Numbered from the stretch's first letter, positions 1 to 10,460 are shown. The stretch is DNA of 17,136 bases from Octopus sinensis (GCF_006345805.1 NW_021824991.1:1-17136), one strand, 5' to 3'. Notes: generated by a model from the sequence alone, not told the origin. Numbers and translations: made by a program.

Positions 1-60
1 TCAGGAGCCTACGAAATTTTAAGTTGCATGGAGCCGAATCAAACTAATATTTAATAATAT

Positions 61-183
61 TAATCATTTCTACTGGAGGCACAAGACCTCAAATTTGTTG
101 GGAGGGGACTAGACGATTACATCGACCCCAGTGTTACACTGGTACTTAATTCATCGACCCAAACGGATGAAATGCAAAGGAGT
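61..183 (-). mobile_element. tRNA-derived SINE (central domain Meta-like), partial copy with tail type T2
   Basis: Contains ATCGACCCCAGTG...CTGGTACTTAATT.ATCGACCC..GGATGAAA, shared with 7 other copies in the window. The tail (minus strand) reads ...CCCCTCCCAACAAATTTGAGGTCTTGTGCCTCCAGTAGAAATGATTA. Confidence 0.85.
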
Positions 184-427
184 GGCAGATGAAATACCTA
201 TTTCTTTACTACCTACAAGGGGCTAAACACAAAGAGGACAAACAAGGACAGACAAACGGATTGAGTCGATTACATCGATTCCAGTGCGTAACTGGTACTT
301 AATTTCGACCCCGAAAAGAGGAAAGGCAAAATCGACCTCGGCGGAATTTGAACTCAGAACGTAGCGGCAGACGAAATACCGCTAAGCATTTCGCCCGGAC
401 TGCTAACGTTTCTGCCAGCTCGCTACC
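184..427 (-). mobile_element. Near full-length tRNA-derived SINE with tail type T1
   Basis: The minus strand begins GGTAGCGAGCTGGCAGAAACGTTAGC (A-box-like) and contains GAGTTCAAATTCC (B-box-like). It is collinear and highly similar to 10564-10793. Confidence 0.92.
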
Positions 428-429
428 TT

Positions 430-473
430 AATGATAATAATAATAATAATAATAATAATATAATAATAATATA

Positions 474-512
<39 letters not shown>

Positions 513-536
513 TAATTAATAATAATAATAATAGTA

Positions 537-604
<68 letters not shown>
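430..604. repeat. (AAT)n microsatellite
   Basis: Near-perfect AAT array; source of the poly-Ile/Leu/Tyr ORFs. Confidence 0.99.
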
Positions 605-606
<2 letters not shown>

Positions 607-738
607 TTTCAAATTTTGCCACAAGGGTTGTGAGTCAGTTACATCGTCCCTAGTGTTCAACTGGTACTTATTTTATTGATCCACCCCCTCCCCAAAGATG
701 ACAAACACAGTTGTCAAACACAGGCAATGTCGACCTCA
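605..738 (-). mobile_element. Degenerate SINE copy with tail type T3, 5'-truncated
   Basis: TTTCAAATTTTGCCACAAGGG tail, CAACTGGTACTTATTTTAT and GTCGACCTC match the other copies. There is an insertion of about 20 bp containing duplicated CAAACACAG. Confidence 0.75.
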
Positions 739-756
739 GTATGATGATGATGAATG

Positions 757-1255
757 TGGAATGAGCACAAATCTCAGAGTGGCAGTGTGGGAAACCTTCG
801 AAATCCTCTTGGATTTCCCAGTCCAAAGAAATCAGGTGCGAGAGCATAACAAACGGGACCTAGTGGTGGTGGACAAAGTGGATCACATGTAATGTATAAT
901 TGAGGTTGCGCACCATTTTGACTCATGAATAGTCAAAAAGAAAGGCAGAAAAATAGATATCTATACAATCCTCTTAAGTACGAAATAGTCCGGCTATAGA
1001 AAATGAAGAAAGTGAAGGCAGTGCCGGTTATTGTTGGGTCTTTGGAGACAGTGTCAGAAGGCATCAAGAGGAATATAAAGGAAATTGGAATGGAGTGCCC
1101 AGTAGAACTGTTGCAAAAGATTTTCCCCCTTGACACGACCAAAATAATCAGGAAAATATTAGATAGGTGAAAAGAACGAATAGTATGGTGCCGTATGCTG
1201 CAGGTAGCAAACCCGCTATGCATGCAAAACTCCAGGAGTTCCAACAAAAGCTAAG
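757..1255 (+). pseudogene. Decayed C-terminus (restriction-like endonuclease domain) plus 3' UTR of an R4/Dong-clade non-LTR retrotransposon
   Basis: Manual translation across stops and frameshifts gives WNEHKSQS/AVWETFEILLDFPVQRNQVREHNKRDLVVVDKVDHM*CIIEVAHHFDS*IVKKKGRKID/YNPLKYEIVRL*KMKKVKAVPVIVGSLETV...VELLQKIFPLDTTKIIRKILDR*, ending at TGA 1168-1170. This matches the RLE pattern LWDF..RPDIVVVDK..IIDVA.PFD..K..KY..LK.EI.RLW..V.PIIIG.LG..LQK..LLGT.RI.RK.L. The 3' UTR boundary is approximate. Confidence 0.88.
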
Positions 1256-2261
1256 TTTTTAAAAATATTGTATCGCAGTAAGTATTAAGCTCATGGACGA
1301 CAGCTGTGTAGAAGCTTGTAGACTGAACCTCTTATTTGCTTATGGTCTTGTAATCAGTTTTGAAGAATGTTATTCCTATTCAGCATGTGTTACTAAGATT
1401 CTCTGAATATTACATGGAAAGAAATTAATATTGACATAAATTATTATATAATGTGGCAAGATTGGTTATTACAATAAGATGAAACAATTGTAAATTGGAG
1501 TAGTAAAATGATTCGCTCACTCCACTCATTATTTGTTATTATAAAAGTTCTACGGATATTTATGGATTGTATCTCTCCATTTTTTCATTCATTCTCTCCG
1601 TTTTTTCTCTTTTATTCTTTTCTGTCGGAGAATGTAAAGGATTTTTCCATTTTTCGCGGGCGTCAAACTGATACACATGCTTGTTGTTCTTACACCTGTC
1701 TTTTGTTTTTCTGTAAATTTGAAGTATATATAGATGTATGTGTGTATGTTTGTGTCTGTTTGCATGTGTGTGTGGGGAGGGTGTACGTATGCGTCTGCAT
1801 GAAAGGAGTGAAAGAAATAGTTATGCACTGCAGTTGTTTCAATTGTAAATTGCTTCCATTGTTATTCTCGGATAATTCACGCCGGTAAAGGATTTTGCAC
1901 CAAGTGATGAATTTTGCGTTAAACCTACGAAATGGTTTTAATGTTCGTAATGTGAATTCTGTACACTTTTGAAAGATAGGTTTTCGCATCTATTTCTTTC
2001 ATTCCTTCCATACTCATACTTAATTATCGCTTACTAAGCAGCGTGAGTAGCCATTGAACTGGAATCATATAGCAACTGTCATCTAATCGGGATTATTTTC
2101 TAATTTTGATATGGGACGAAGTATATTTGATATAAGGATTAATAAATTTTATTGATCATTTATCGGTTCCTGTGTGTTTTCTATGGAAGCCTGCTTATGC
2201 TAGAAGCTAATCAACTGTTTTACCAAGAACGATTGAATCTTAGTACATACACATTGCTTGC

Positions 2262-2461
2262 ATGTATACATACACCACATATGTGCGTATACATGCATTT
2301 GTGTGTGTGTGTGTATGTATATGTATGTATGTATATATATATATATATGTGTGTATGTGTGTGTGTGTATTTATATAATGGTGTTTGTATGTATATATAT
2401 ATTTATATTATATATAATATATATATAATATAGATATATATATATATAATATATATATATA

Positions 2462-2504
<43 letters not shown>

Positions 2505-2520
2505 TGTGCGTATATACAAG
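2262..2520. repeat. Compound (GT)/(AT) microsatellite
   Basis: Directly visible dinucleotide arrays. Confidence 0.95.
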
Positions 2521-2739
2521 CATATATAAATACGCATGCATCCTCACACCAGATGTGTGCACGCACGCATGCACGCACTTGTAATGAATAATTGTTTGAG
2601 AAATTCACTTTATATTAGATAAAAATTCGTGAAACTGATAAATGAAAAAAATAAAAGGTTGATAAATGTATCGATATAAAAACATATAAGTAGCGTTTAC
2701 AGAAAGGGGATATGGAGAAAGTGTAGGGTTGAGGAGGAA

Positions 2740-3380
2740 CTAACTGATAAAGAGAGATAGATGGGAAAAGTGAGAGAGAGGGAGAGAGGGAGAGCGAGAA
2801 GGGGGAAGAGAGAGATAGGGAGAACATGTGTGCGTGAGAGGTTGGTAGGTTGGGAGTTAATGAGGAAAGCCAATGGAGTAAGAATCATTAGGAAAAAACA
2901 CAAATTGTTAGGATAAGAAAAAGATATAGAAAATATGGAGAGAGAGAGAGGGGGGGAGGAGGGCGAGAGAGAGGAGGAGAGAGAGGGGAGGGAGAGAGAG
3001 GGAGGGGGGAGAGAGGGAGAGAAAGAGTGAAGAGAGAAAAGAAGTGGGCAGAGAGGGGCAGAGAAAGAGGGCGAGTGTGAGGGAGAGAGACAGTAAAAAG
3101 AGGGAAGGGAGTTTGTGGTAGAAGGGGGAGAGTGAAAGGGAGTGCGAAGGAGGGAGAAAAGGTGAGAGAGAGAGAGAATGAAAGAGAGAGAAAGAGAAGG
3201 AGAAGAGAGAATGGGGTAGAATGGTGGAGAGTGAAAAGGAGAGCTAGAAAGGGAAAGAGAGAGAGAGATGAGAGAGTGGCGTAGGATGGGAGCGAGAGAA
3301 AGAGAGAAATATAGAAAGAGGGAGAGGGAGAGAGCAAGAGAGGGGGGGGGTTGAAGAGTAAGAGTGATGGGGATGATGAG
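2740..3380. repeat. Long GA-rich polypurine/polypyrimidine tract
   Basis: The + strand is almost entirely G and A over about 600 bp, with GGG runs. Confidence 0.93.
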
Positions 3381-3536
3381 AAAGTATGACTCGGTATGAG
3401 TAGAAATTTGAATAGAACGAGCAAAATCAAAAGAAACGAAATTATGCTTTTGTCAGTGGCTCTTTCAAATTCGCTCCCTTTCTTAACTAAATCATTGATT
3501 TGTTTTGATTATAGCTTAATTCCCTTTCCATAGAAC

Positions 3537-3538
<2 letters not shown>

Positions 3539-3585
<47 letters not shown>
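3539..3585. repeat. (CT)n(CA)n microsatellite
   Basis: Directly visible. Confidence 0.98.
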
Positions 3586-3938
3586 CGAAACACGCCTGCG
3601 TAAGTTGAGGCACGGTGCAGCAGGCTGTCTGTCATTCTCTACACTTAAATATCCACATTTGCACATTTATATGTATAACCGCTAAACACATTCAAAATGT
3701 TTCTGCATGTATCATGAGACATTCTAAGACCTGTCAGTACTCTTTAGAATATATGGTTTATCCCCGATGAAACGAAGTCTAATATAACAGAATCCTGTCC
3801 AGAATTGGCATAGCACTAAGCAAAGACCGAGATTCATTTCCTGGTCTGTTCGATATATAATCAAATTCAATTATTTTTGTAATAATTACGAGCGTTGTCT
3901 CCCTGTATTTCTTGACCGTATCAACAATCAAAGTTCCT

Positions 3939-3949
3939 GCATACATACA

Positions 3950-3981
<32 letters not shown>

Positions 3982-4250
3982 CATACATATATATATATAT
4001 ATGTATGTATATATATATATATGTGTGTGTGTATATATATATTATATATATACATTACACACACACATATATATATATATATAATAATATATATATATAT
4101 ATAATAGAAGAACAGATAGGCACACACACCACATACGTATATATGTGTGTGTGTGTGGTGTGTGTATAAATATATATATATAAAATATAAATATAAATAC
4201 ACCCACACACCACACATATATATAATATATATATATATATATTATATATA
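3939..4250. repeat. Compound (ACAT)n/(AT)n/(GT)n/(CA)n microsatellite
   Basis: Directly visible. Confidence 0.95.
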
Positions 4251-4255
4251 TTGAT

Positions 4256-4420
4256 GTGGGCATGGTTGTGTGGTAAGAAGCTTGCTTCCCAACCTCTCAT
4301 CGTTCTGGATTCAGTCCGACTGCGTGGGAACTTGAGCTAGTTTCTTCTTCTGTAGCCTCAACCAATCAAAACTGGTGAGTAGATTTGATAGGAGGAAAGT
4401 GAAAGAAGGACCTCATGTAA
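4256..4420 (+). mobile_element. CORE-type tRNA-derived SINE, 5' half, diverged
   Basis: GTGTGGTAAGAAGCTTGCTTCCCAACC...GGATTCAGTCC (B box)...CTTGAGCTAG (CORE-like CTTGGGCAAG)...GTGAGTAGATTTG. Homologous to 12820-12981 (-) and 15962-16082 (+). Confidence 0.85.
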
Positions 4421-4504
4421 ATATAATATCTTTATACTTCTACCTTTACGGTGCTTTATTTTACCGGAAAATAATACTTTTGTATTGCAATATTTTATTT
4501 TTCA

Positions 4505-5013
4505 CGAGCAGTATCGCCCGGCGTTGCTCGGGTTTGTAAGGGAAATAACTATATAAGCATTTTTAGAGAGTTACTTCCTTATAGATGCCAATTCGGGCTT
4601 TCTTAGCCATTTTCTGTTTTGGTGTCATCAAGCCATGAAGTCGTTGTTCTAAAAGAACGCTGGTCCTTGACAACGCTTTACGACGTTGATTTCCTTACAC
4701 TCCCTTCCCCACAGCTTCACGAGGGAGGGAAGAAGGGGGAGAAGCAAACAGGTGCAGGTGTGACCATGGACGCCAACTCCGCCGCCATCGACACACGAAA
4801 AATTATGCATTAAAATGGAATAAAAATGATTTAAATTATTTTTAAAATCGTAGACTCATTGTAGACGCGTGTTAATACCCAGACGGGCTCGATATGAATC
4901 ACGACTATAAGATACCCGATTTTGTTTAAACTGCACCGCAAAATGTGGGAGTAGTTAGGAATCTAAATCGAAGGGGACAGACACTCACGCAACTACAGTT
5001 TTATATATATAGA
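4505..5013 (-). mobile_element. Non-autonomous Helitron, copy A
   Basis: The minus strand starts A|TCTATATATATAAAA and ends in the hairpin CCCGAGCAACGCCGGG followed by CGATACTG-CTCG|T (CTAG mutated). The target is A|T with no TSD. Both ends are shared with 8039-8428. Confidence 0.88.
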
Positions 5014-5014
5014 T

Positions 5015-5280
5015 TAAGAACTTTTTCACTATTCTCGATTCTTTTAACGGCTAAGCGTTCAGGCGATTATATTGGCATTGATGTAGCAACATTTGAAATA
5101 TACCCCAGGTAAATCCAGCCGATGAAGACTAATCAAATTTACGATAACAAACGTATTTGAAGAGTCCGAAACCTTGGTACTGGGTTATCCCATTCTGGGT
5201 TGTCCATTTATCTAATGTTCTTCCTAGAAGTAAGACAATTTTTTTTAATGTTTGCTGCCCTCATACGTCTTTGCCAATGC
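5015..5280 (+). mobile_element. Probable Penelope-like element terminal-repeat fragment carrying a hammerhead
   Basis: A hammerhead is followed by about 95 nt and then (AT)n. The PLE assignment is inferred from the known PLE-hammerhead association, and the boundaries are approximate. Confidence 0.5.
5104..5199 (+). ncRNA. Type I hammerhead ribozyme (HHR-1) with CCGAUGA variant core and long stem II
   Basis: Stem I: AAUCCAG 5112-5118 / CUGGGUU 5180-5186. Core: CCGAUGA 5119-5125. Stem II: GACU/AGUC + UCAAAU/AUUUGA + ACG/CGU. GAAA at 5168-5171. Stem III: ACC-UU-GGU. Cleavage triplet GUA, cutting after 5179. An outer helix pairs CCCAG 5104-5108 with CUGGG 5195-5199. Confidence 0.85.
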
Positions 5281-5615
<335 letters not shown>

Positions 5616-5821
5616 ACGTGTGTGTGTCCTTGTGTCTGTGTTTGTCCCCTCAAACAAAATGCTGGTTTGTTTAGTTCCCGTAACTTAGCGGTTCGGCAAA
5701 GGCGACCAATGAGATAAGTACTAGGCTTCCAAAGAATAAGTCCTGGGCTCAATTTGCTCGACTGAAAAGGCGGTTCTCCAGCATGGCCGCAGTCAAATGA
5801 CTGAAACAAGTAAAAGAGTAA
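5616..5821 (+). mobile_element. 3' half of the CORE-type SINE
   Basis: CCCGTAACTTAGCGGTTCGGCAAA...ATAAGTACTAGG...CAGCATGGCCGCAGTCAAATGACTGAAACAAGTAAAAGAG, homologous to 16200-16328. Confidence 0.85.
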
Positions 5822-5825
5822 GCAT

Positions 5826-5965
5826 ATAAATGTGAAACAAGGTGGAAAAAATAGTACTCAAGTACCAGAGGTAGAGCAATATGCTTTATTTAAAAGCAGC
5901 AGAAATATAACAAAAGCTGTTACTAGGAGTTTCACGTTCCCGTTCGTCGGACAGTTTTGTTAAAA
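5826..5965 (-). mobile_element. Probable Penelope-like element terminal-repeat fragment carrying a hammerhead
   Basis: On the minus strand the hammerhead is followed by AATAAA (5885-5890) and ends ...CCACCTTGTTTCACAT. The PLE assignment is inference. Confidence 0.55.
5908..5962 (-). ncRNA. Type I hammerhead ribozyme (HHR-2) with CCGACGA variant core
   Basis: The minus strand reads UAACAAAACUGU-CCGACGA-ACG(GGAA)CGU-GAA-ACU(CCU)AGU-A^ACAG-C-UUUUGUUA. This gives a 12-bp stem I with one bulge, a 3-bp stem II with a GGAA loop, a 3-bp stem III and a GUA triplet cut between 5921 and 5920. Confidence 0.9.
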
Positions 5966-7808
5966 TAGAACCGAGATGACAATTTGATCAAAACTAGCTA
6001 ACGGATACACCTTTAAAAATGGATTTGTTTCATTGGTCCTTTCAAATAACGGTCTTAGGCAAGCGATAAACAAAATAAACAAAATAAATGAATTCAATAT
6101 AAAATTATAAAAATTGAGGAAAAACCTTAAATCGAAGAGCGGATTCAAAATACATATTGTCATTAATTATATAGAAAATATAATTCGATTAATACAATTA
6201 ATACATAAAAATTTAAAATTAAAATATATTAAAATATTTCACAACAGTATATACTCATACTAAACCATCAATATATATATATACATCAAAATACACAGAT
6301 AGATGTACACAGACCACATACATATACAGACATACGAAAATATACGAAAATATACACACAAATACACGTATACATATGTATACGCAATCTTGCTCGCATG
6401 CAAAAATCACTTAGCGTATACATATAGACTAGAAGTAAAACGCAGAGAGGGGGAAGACAAGGTAACGATCTTATAAGCAACAGAAAGCTAAAGACGTGAG
6501 TAAGAGAAGGGGAGAGGGGCGTAAAGTTACGGGACTCAATACAAGTAACGAATAGGGAGAGGAAAAAATAAGGAAAGAAAGGAAGAAAGAAAGAAGTCTG
6601 ACTATGCGTAACGAACGTTCACAAAATAAAATTACGTATACATGTGTATATAAAAGTGTATATTAGCAGCAAATACACATATAAGAGCGCATATATAAAT
6701 ATATAGAGACAAGTACGTAAATACACATCCACACAAATCCAAGTGAATACATGCATACATATACATCCATGTATGTATGTGCGTAAGTATAAACACACAC
6801 GCTCACTTACACATATACATAGACACGTGCATACGAATACATATGCAGGCCAATACAAATATTCACCTAAACACATGTCTAGGATCTGACGTATATACAA
6901 ACAACATTATTTTTTAAAAATTGCTGATTGCATAATGATAAAAATTTTAGATAAAAGACATGCAAAATATAACACCCTATATTGGATTATCTATAAATTA
7001 AACGATTAAAATGGGTTTATAAAATGCAATAAAATGAAATAATCCTAAACAAGAAAATAATATTAGTATATAACAGTCGAAGGTTTTTCTTAAGAAATAT
7101 ATCGAAATATATACAAAATCTTTGCGATACGATACAATTAATACATAAAAATTAAAATTGTCAAGTTTTGAATTCCTCTCAAAGCAACATAGAGATTTCA
7201 CTTTCGTAGACCATCTCAAAGCTTTGCCGTGTGTGTGTGTGTGTGTGTCAGAAAGAAAAAAGAGAGAGAGGGGGGGAGAGAACATTGCAAACAATGAATG
7301 AAATAAACACGAAACGAAAAAATCTTACAAATAAAACGCCATATCTACTGATGTATACGCCCCCGACTTTGTTGCCTCATAACATCTAGAGAAATGGATT
7401 CCTTCTTACAGAGTATATAGAGATTTATGGGAAAGAATTTTTCCGACCGAGTGGAGGGTGGAGTTTCCGAAAATTCAACACACCTGACTATTTTTCCCTC
7501 ATAACTTTCAGTAAAATGTGTATCCTTTAATGAACGTTTATACAAATACCTTCCAAGTGGCATAGATTACGATTATAACTGAAATTTTGAGGGGAATTTT
7601 TTTCGATGGGGTAGGGAGAGGCGTTTCGGTAAAACAGATCAGAAAGGTCAAATAAGTTAGAACTAACCTGTTTTGACAGTGATTTTCCTCATTTATTTTT
7701 AAACAATAGCCTTCGAAATGATGGAGTTAGTGGGTGGGGGTATTCTTTGTATTAAAAATTGTTTTTGAGAATTTGCTTTTACAACCCTTTCTCACTCATC
7801 ATCCCACT

Positions 7809-8992
7809 CTGGTCCTATTTTGGTTAATTGTTTTTCAATTTGAAAACCATGGGAGAGCCTTTTCGGTAAAAAAAACCCCAAAAAACAAATTGTTAATATT
7901 TTCAGAGGAAAAAGTAAGTGATTTAAGGGAGATATGGTAGTTGTTTCTAGCACATCCAAAAACAACCCTCCTCGTTTTTTTATCGCTCTTGCATGTATTG
8001 ATGGGTTTTCAATATTTTTCTCCCCATAAACATATTTATCTTTATATATAAAAGTGAGGTTGTGTGTGTGTCTGTCTCCTACGATTTAGATTCCTAACTA
8101 CTCCCACATTTTGCGGTGCAATTTAACCAAAAGCAGGTATCTTATATTCGTGATTCATATAGAGCCCTCCTGGGTATTAGCGCGCGTCTACGATGAGTCT
8201 ACGATTTAAAAAAAAAATTACCATCATTTCCCCCCATTTTTAATGCATTTTTTTGCTATTATATAAGGGAAGTAACTCTCTAAAAATGTATTATTAAATC
8301 TCAGAACGTAAAAAGCTACAGTAACACCCCTCTTTGTGGTTAGCCATATTGAGATGGCTATCATCTCTAAAAATGCTTATATAGTTATTTCCCTTTCAAA
8401 CCCGAGCAACGCCGGGCGATACTGCTAGTATGCTATAAAAAAGAAAATTTGAGAAATTATGAATTTTTTGCAACCCCACACCCTTGTCCTGATTGTTTCT
8501 GTTTAGAAATTAAAATATTGGAGAGCCTGAGAAGGTCATTGCTGGCATTTATCCACAGTATTTAAAAAAAAGTGTTACGTAAACGATAACTCATTTTAAT
8601 TGCATACTCTTCTGTTCTAAAATGAATTTTTTCTTACACACACAAACGGCTTCGCTTGATTGAGGTGGGGGTAAAAATTTAGATTACAATTTTTTACGTT
8701 GCTTATATTCCACCAATAGACCACGCGTGTGTTACTTCGGCATCCTCATTCCATAAAATGTGTTTAATGGAAGAAAAATATTGAAAAAAAACATCAATAT
8801 ATGTGAGAGTAAAAACGGGAGGGTGGTTTGGGTTGTGCTAGAAACAACAGCCAACCTCCCTTGAAGTGTTCTCCTTTCCCTCTGAAATTTTTACAATTTT
8901 GTGTATATTTTTTTATACCAAAAAGGTCCCTCCCATGTTTTTTAAATTACAAAAAAAAAAAAAAGAAAAGAAAATGACCAAAATCGGTCCGG
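7809..8992. repeat. Long imperfect inverted repeat (arms 7809-8037 and 8756-8992) of an old foldback/MITE-like element
   Basis: The arms align collinearly as reverse complements. A perfect 15-bp anchor pairs GTTGTTTCTAGCACA 7940-7954 with TGTGCTAGAAACAAC 8834-8848. Further matches include CATGGGAG, TTTCAGAGG and TCAATATTTTTCT. Confidence 0.85.
8039..8428 (+). mobile_element. Non-autonomous Helitron, copy B
   Basis: A|TC 5' end at 8039, subterminal hairpin CCCGAGCAACGCCGGG 8401-8416, CTAG|T 3' end at 8425-8428, A|T target and no TSD. Confidence 0.93.
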
Positions 8993-9399
8993 ATAGTTAT
9001 TCTTGTTATGCTTAGCCATAACAACAAAATCACTTATTCATTATTTTTACAAAAATCATACCAGTATATCAAAAAATAATGTTTTTACATTACGTATACA
9101 TTAATATAATAAACTGTGGATTTGCTAAATAATGAATTAAAACTTGAAAAGGAAACATTAAAATAGAGAGTGAGAGAGGTTTTGCAAATGAAAACGGAAA
9201 ACTCCACAGAGAATGCAACGAATATTCAAATTTGTTAAAAATTGGTGTTCAAAAATTCAATAAAGTTAAGAAATCGAAATTTTAGGAAATTTCTGGGAAC
9301 ATGAATTTATAAAAAAATTTCCAGGTGATCAAGCTTTTAATAATTGCTTTCTTTTAGTGCTTATAGTAATTGTTACATACCTAATTAATAAACAGCTTT

Positions 9400-9604
9400 C
9401 TCCGTTATGATACACATATACATAGAAAATATGCCATACACACATATGTAATACATACATACACACATAGAGGCATACAGATATACAAGCATATACATGG
9501 ATATATACATATAATAAAACATATTATACGTACATATACCTGAAAAAATACAGACATACATATATCTATATGTGTATATACACAACACACATATATATAT
9601 ATGC

Positions 9605-9674
<70 letters not shown>

Positions 9675-10460
9675 TATATATGTATACCTAACTATGTAAA
9701 TACGTACATACATAATACATATATATATATATATATATATAAATATATATATATATAAATATATATATATATAAAATAAACACACATGCACATAAACACA
9801 CAAATATATAACACTCTTACACATTTATGTATATACATACATAGACACAAATATGTGCATATGTACATACAAGATATATACAAATATGCATACATATATA
9901 AAAGCCTATACGCGTATGTAACGCATAATACATATATACATACATCATGCTTACTTACATTGAAGCATGCACACACATATATGTAATACATACAAGCATA
10001 CATACATATACGCATGAGGCATAATGCATAACATAATATAGCCTTTCTTAGCACAAATATGGAAGCCGGTGGCGTTGGCAATGGGTGGCGTGTAGCGCGT
10101 GGTGGTCTTTAGTATAAGGTTATGTAAGTTGTGTAGTTGTACTTTGCGGTATGTGTGTGTATATTAGGTGTGTGTGCGTGCGTGTAGTGGTCTATTAAAC
10201 ACAATTAAATGTTTGTTGACACTCGAGAAGACTTACAAATGAAAAATGCTCCCGGCCATGCTCGTTATTCTCTTTGATCGATTGAGTATAATATTGTAAT
10301 TAAAATGCTAACCAAGACGATGCTGATCTATGCATATGCGTGAGAGTGTGCGTGCGTGTATAAGTGTGTGTGTGTGTGTTTGTGGGTATGCGTGCGTATG
10401 TGTATATGGTTGTGTATGTTTGTGCGCGCGCATGTCTGTGCATGTGTGTGTGTATATATA

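Noticed and set aside
3764-3785. CCGATGA core-like motif
   Set aside because: No stem II followed by GAAA, and no stem I complement.
3779-3935. Non-repetitive part of ORF 3779-3988 as an exon
   Set aside because: No recognisable homology, and the ATG lies inside a microsatellite.
4121-4216. Inverted CA/TG arms able to form hairpins
   Set aside because: This is an expected by-product of adjacent complementary microsatellites.
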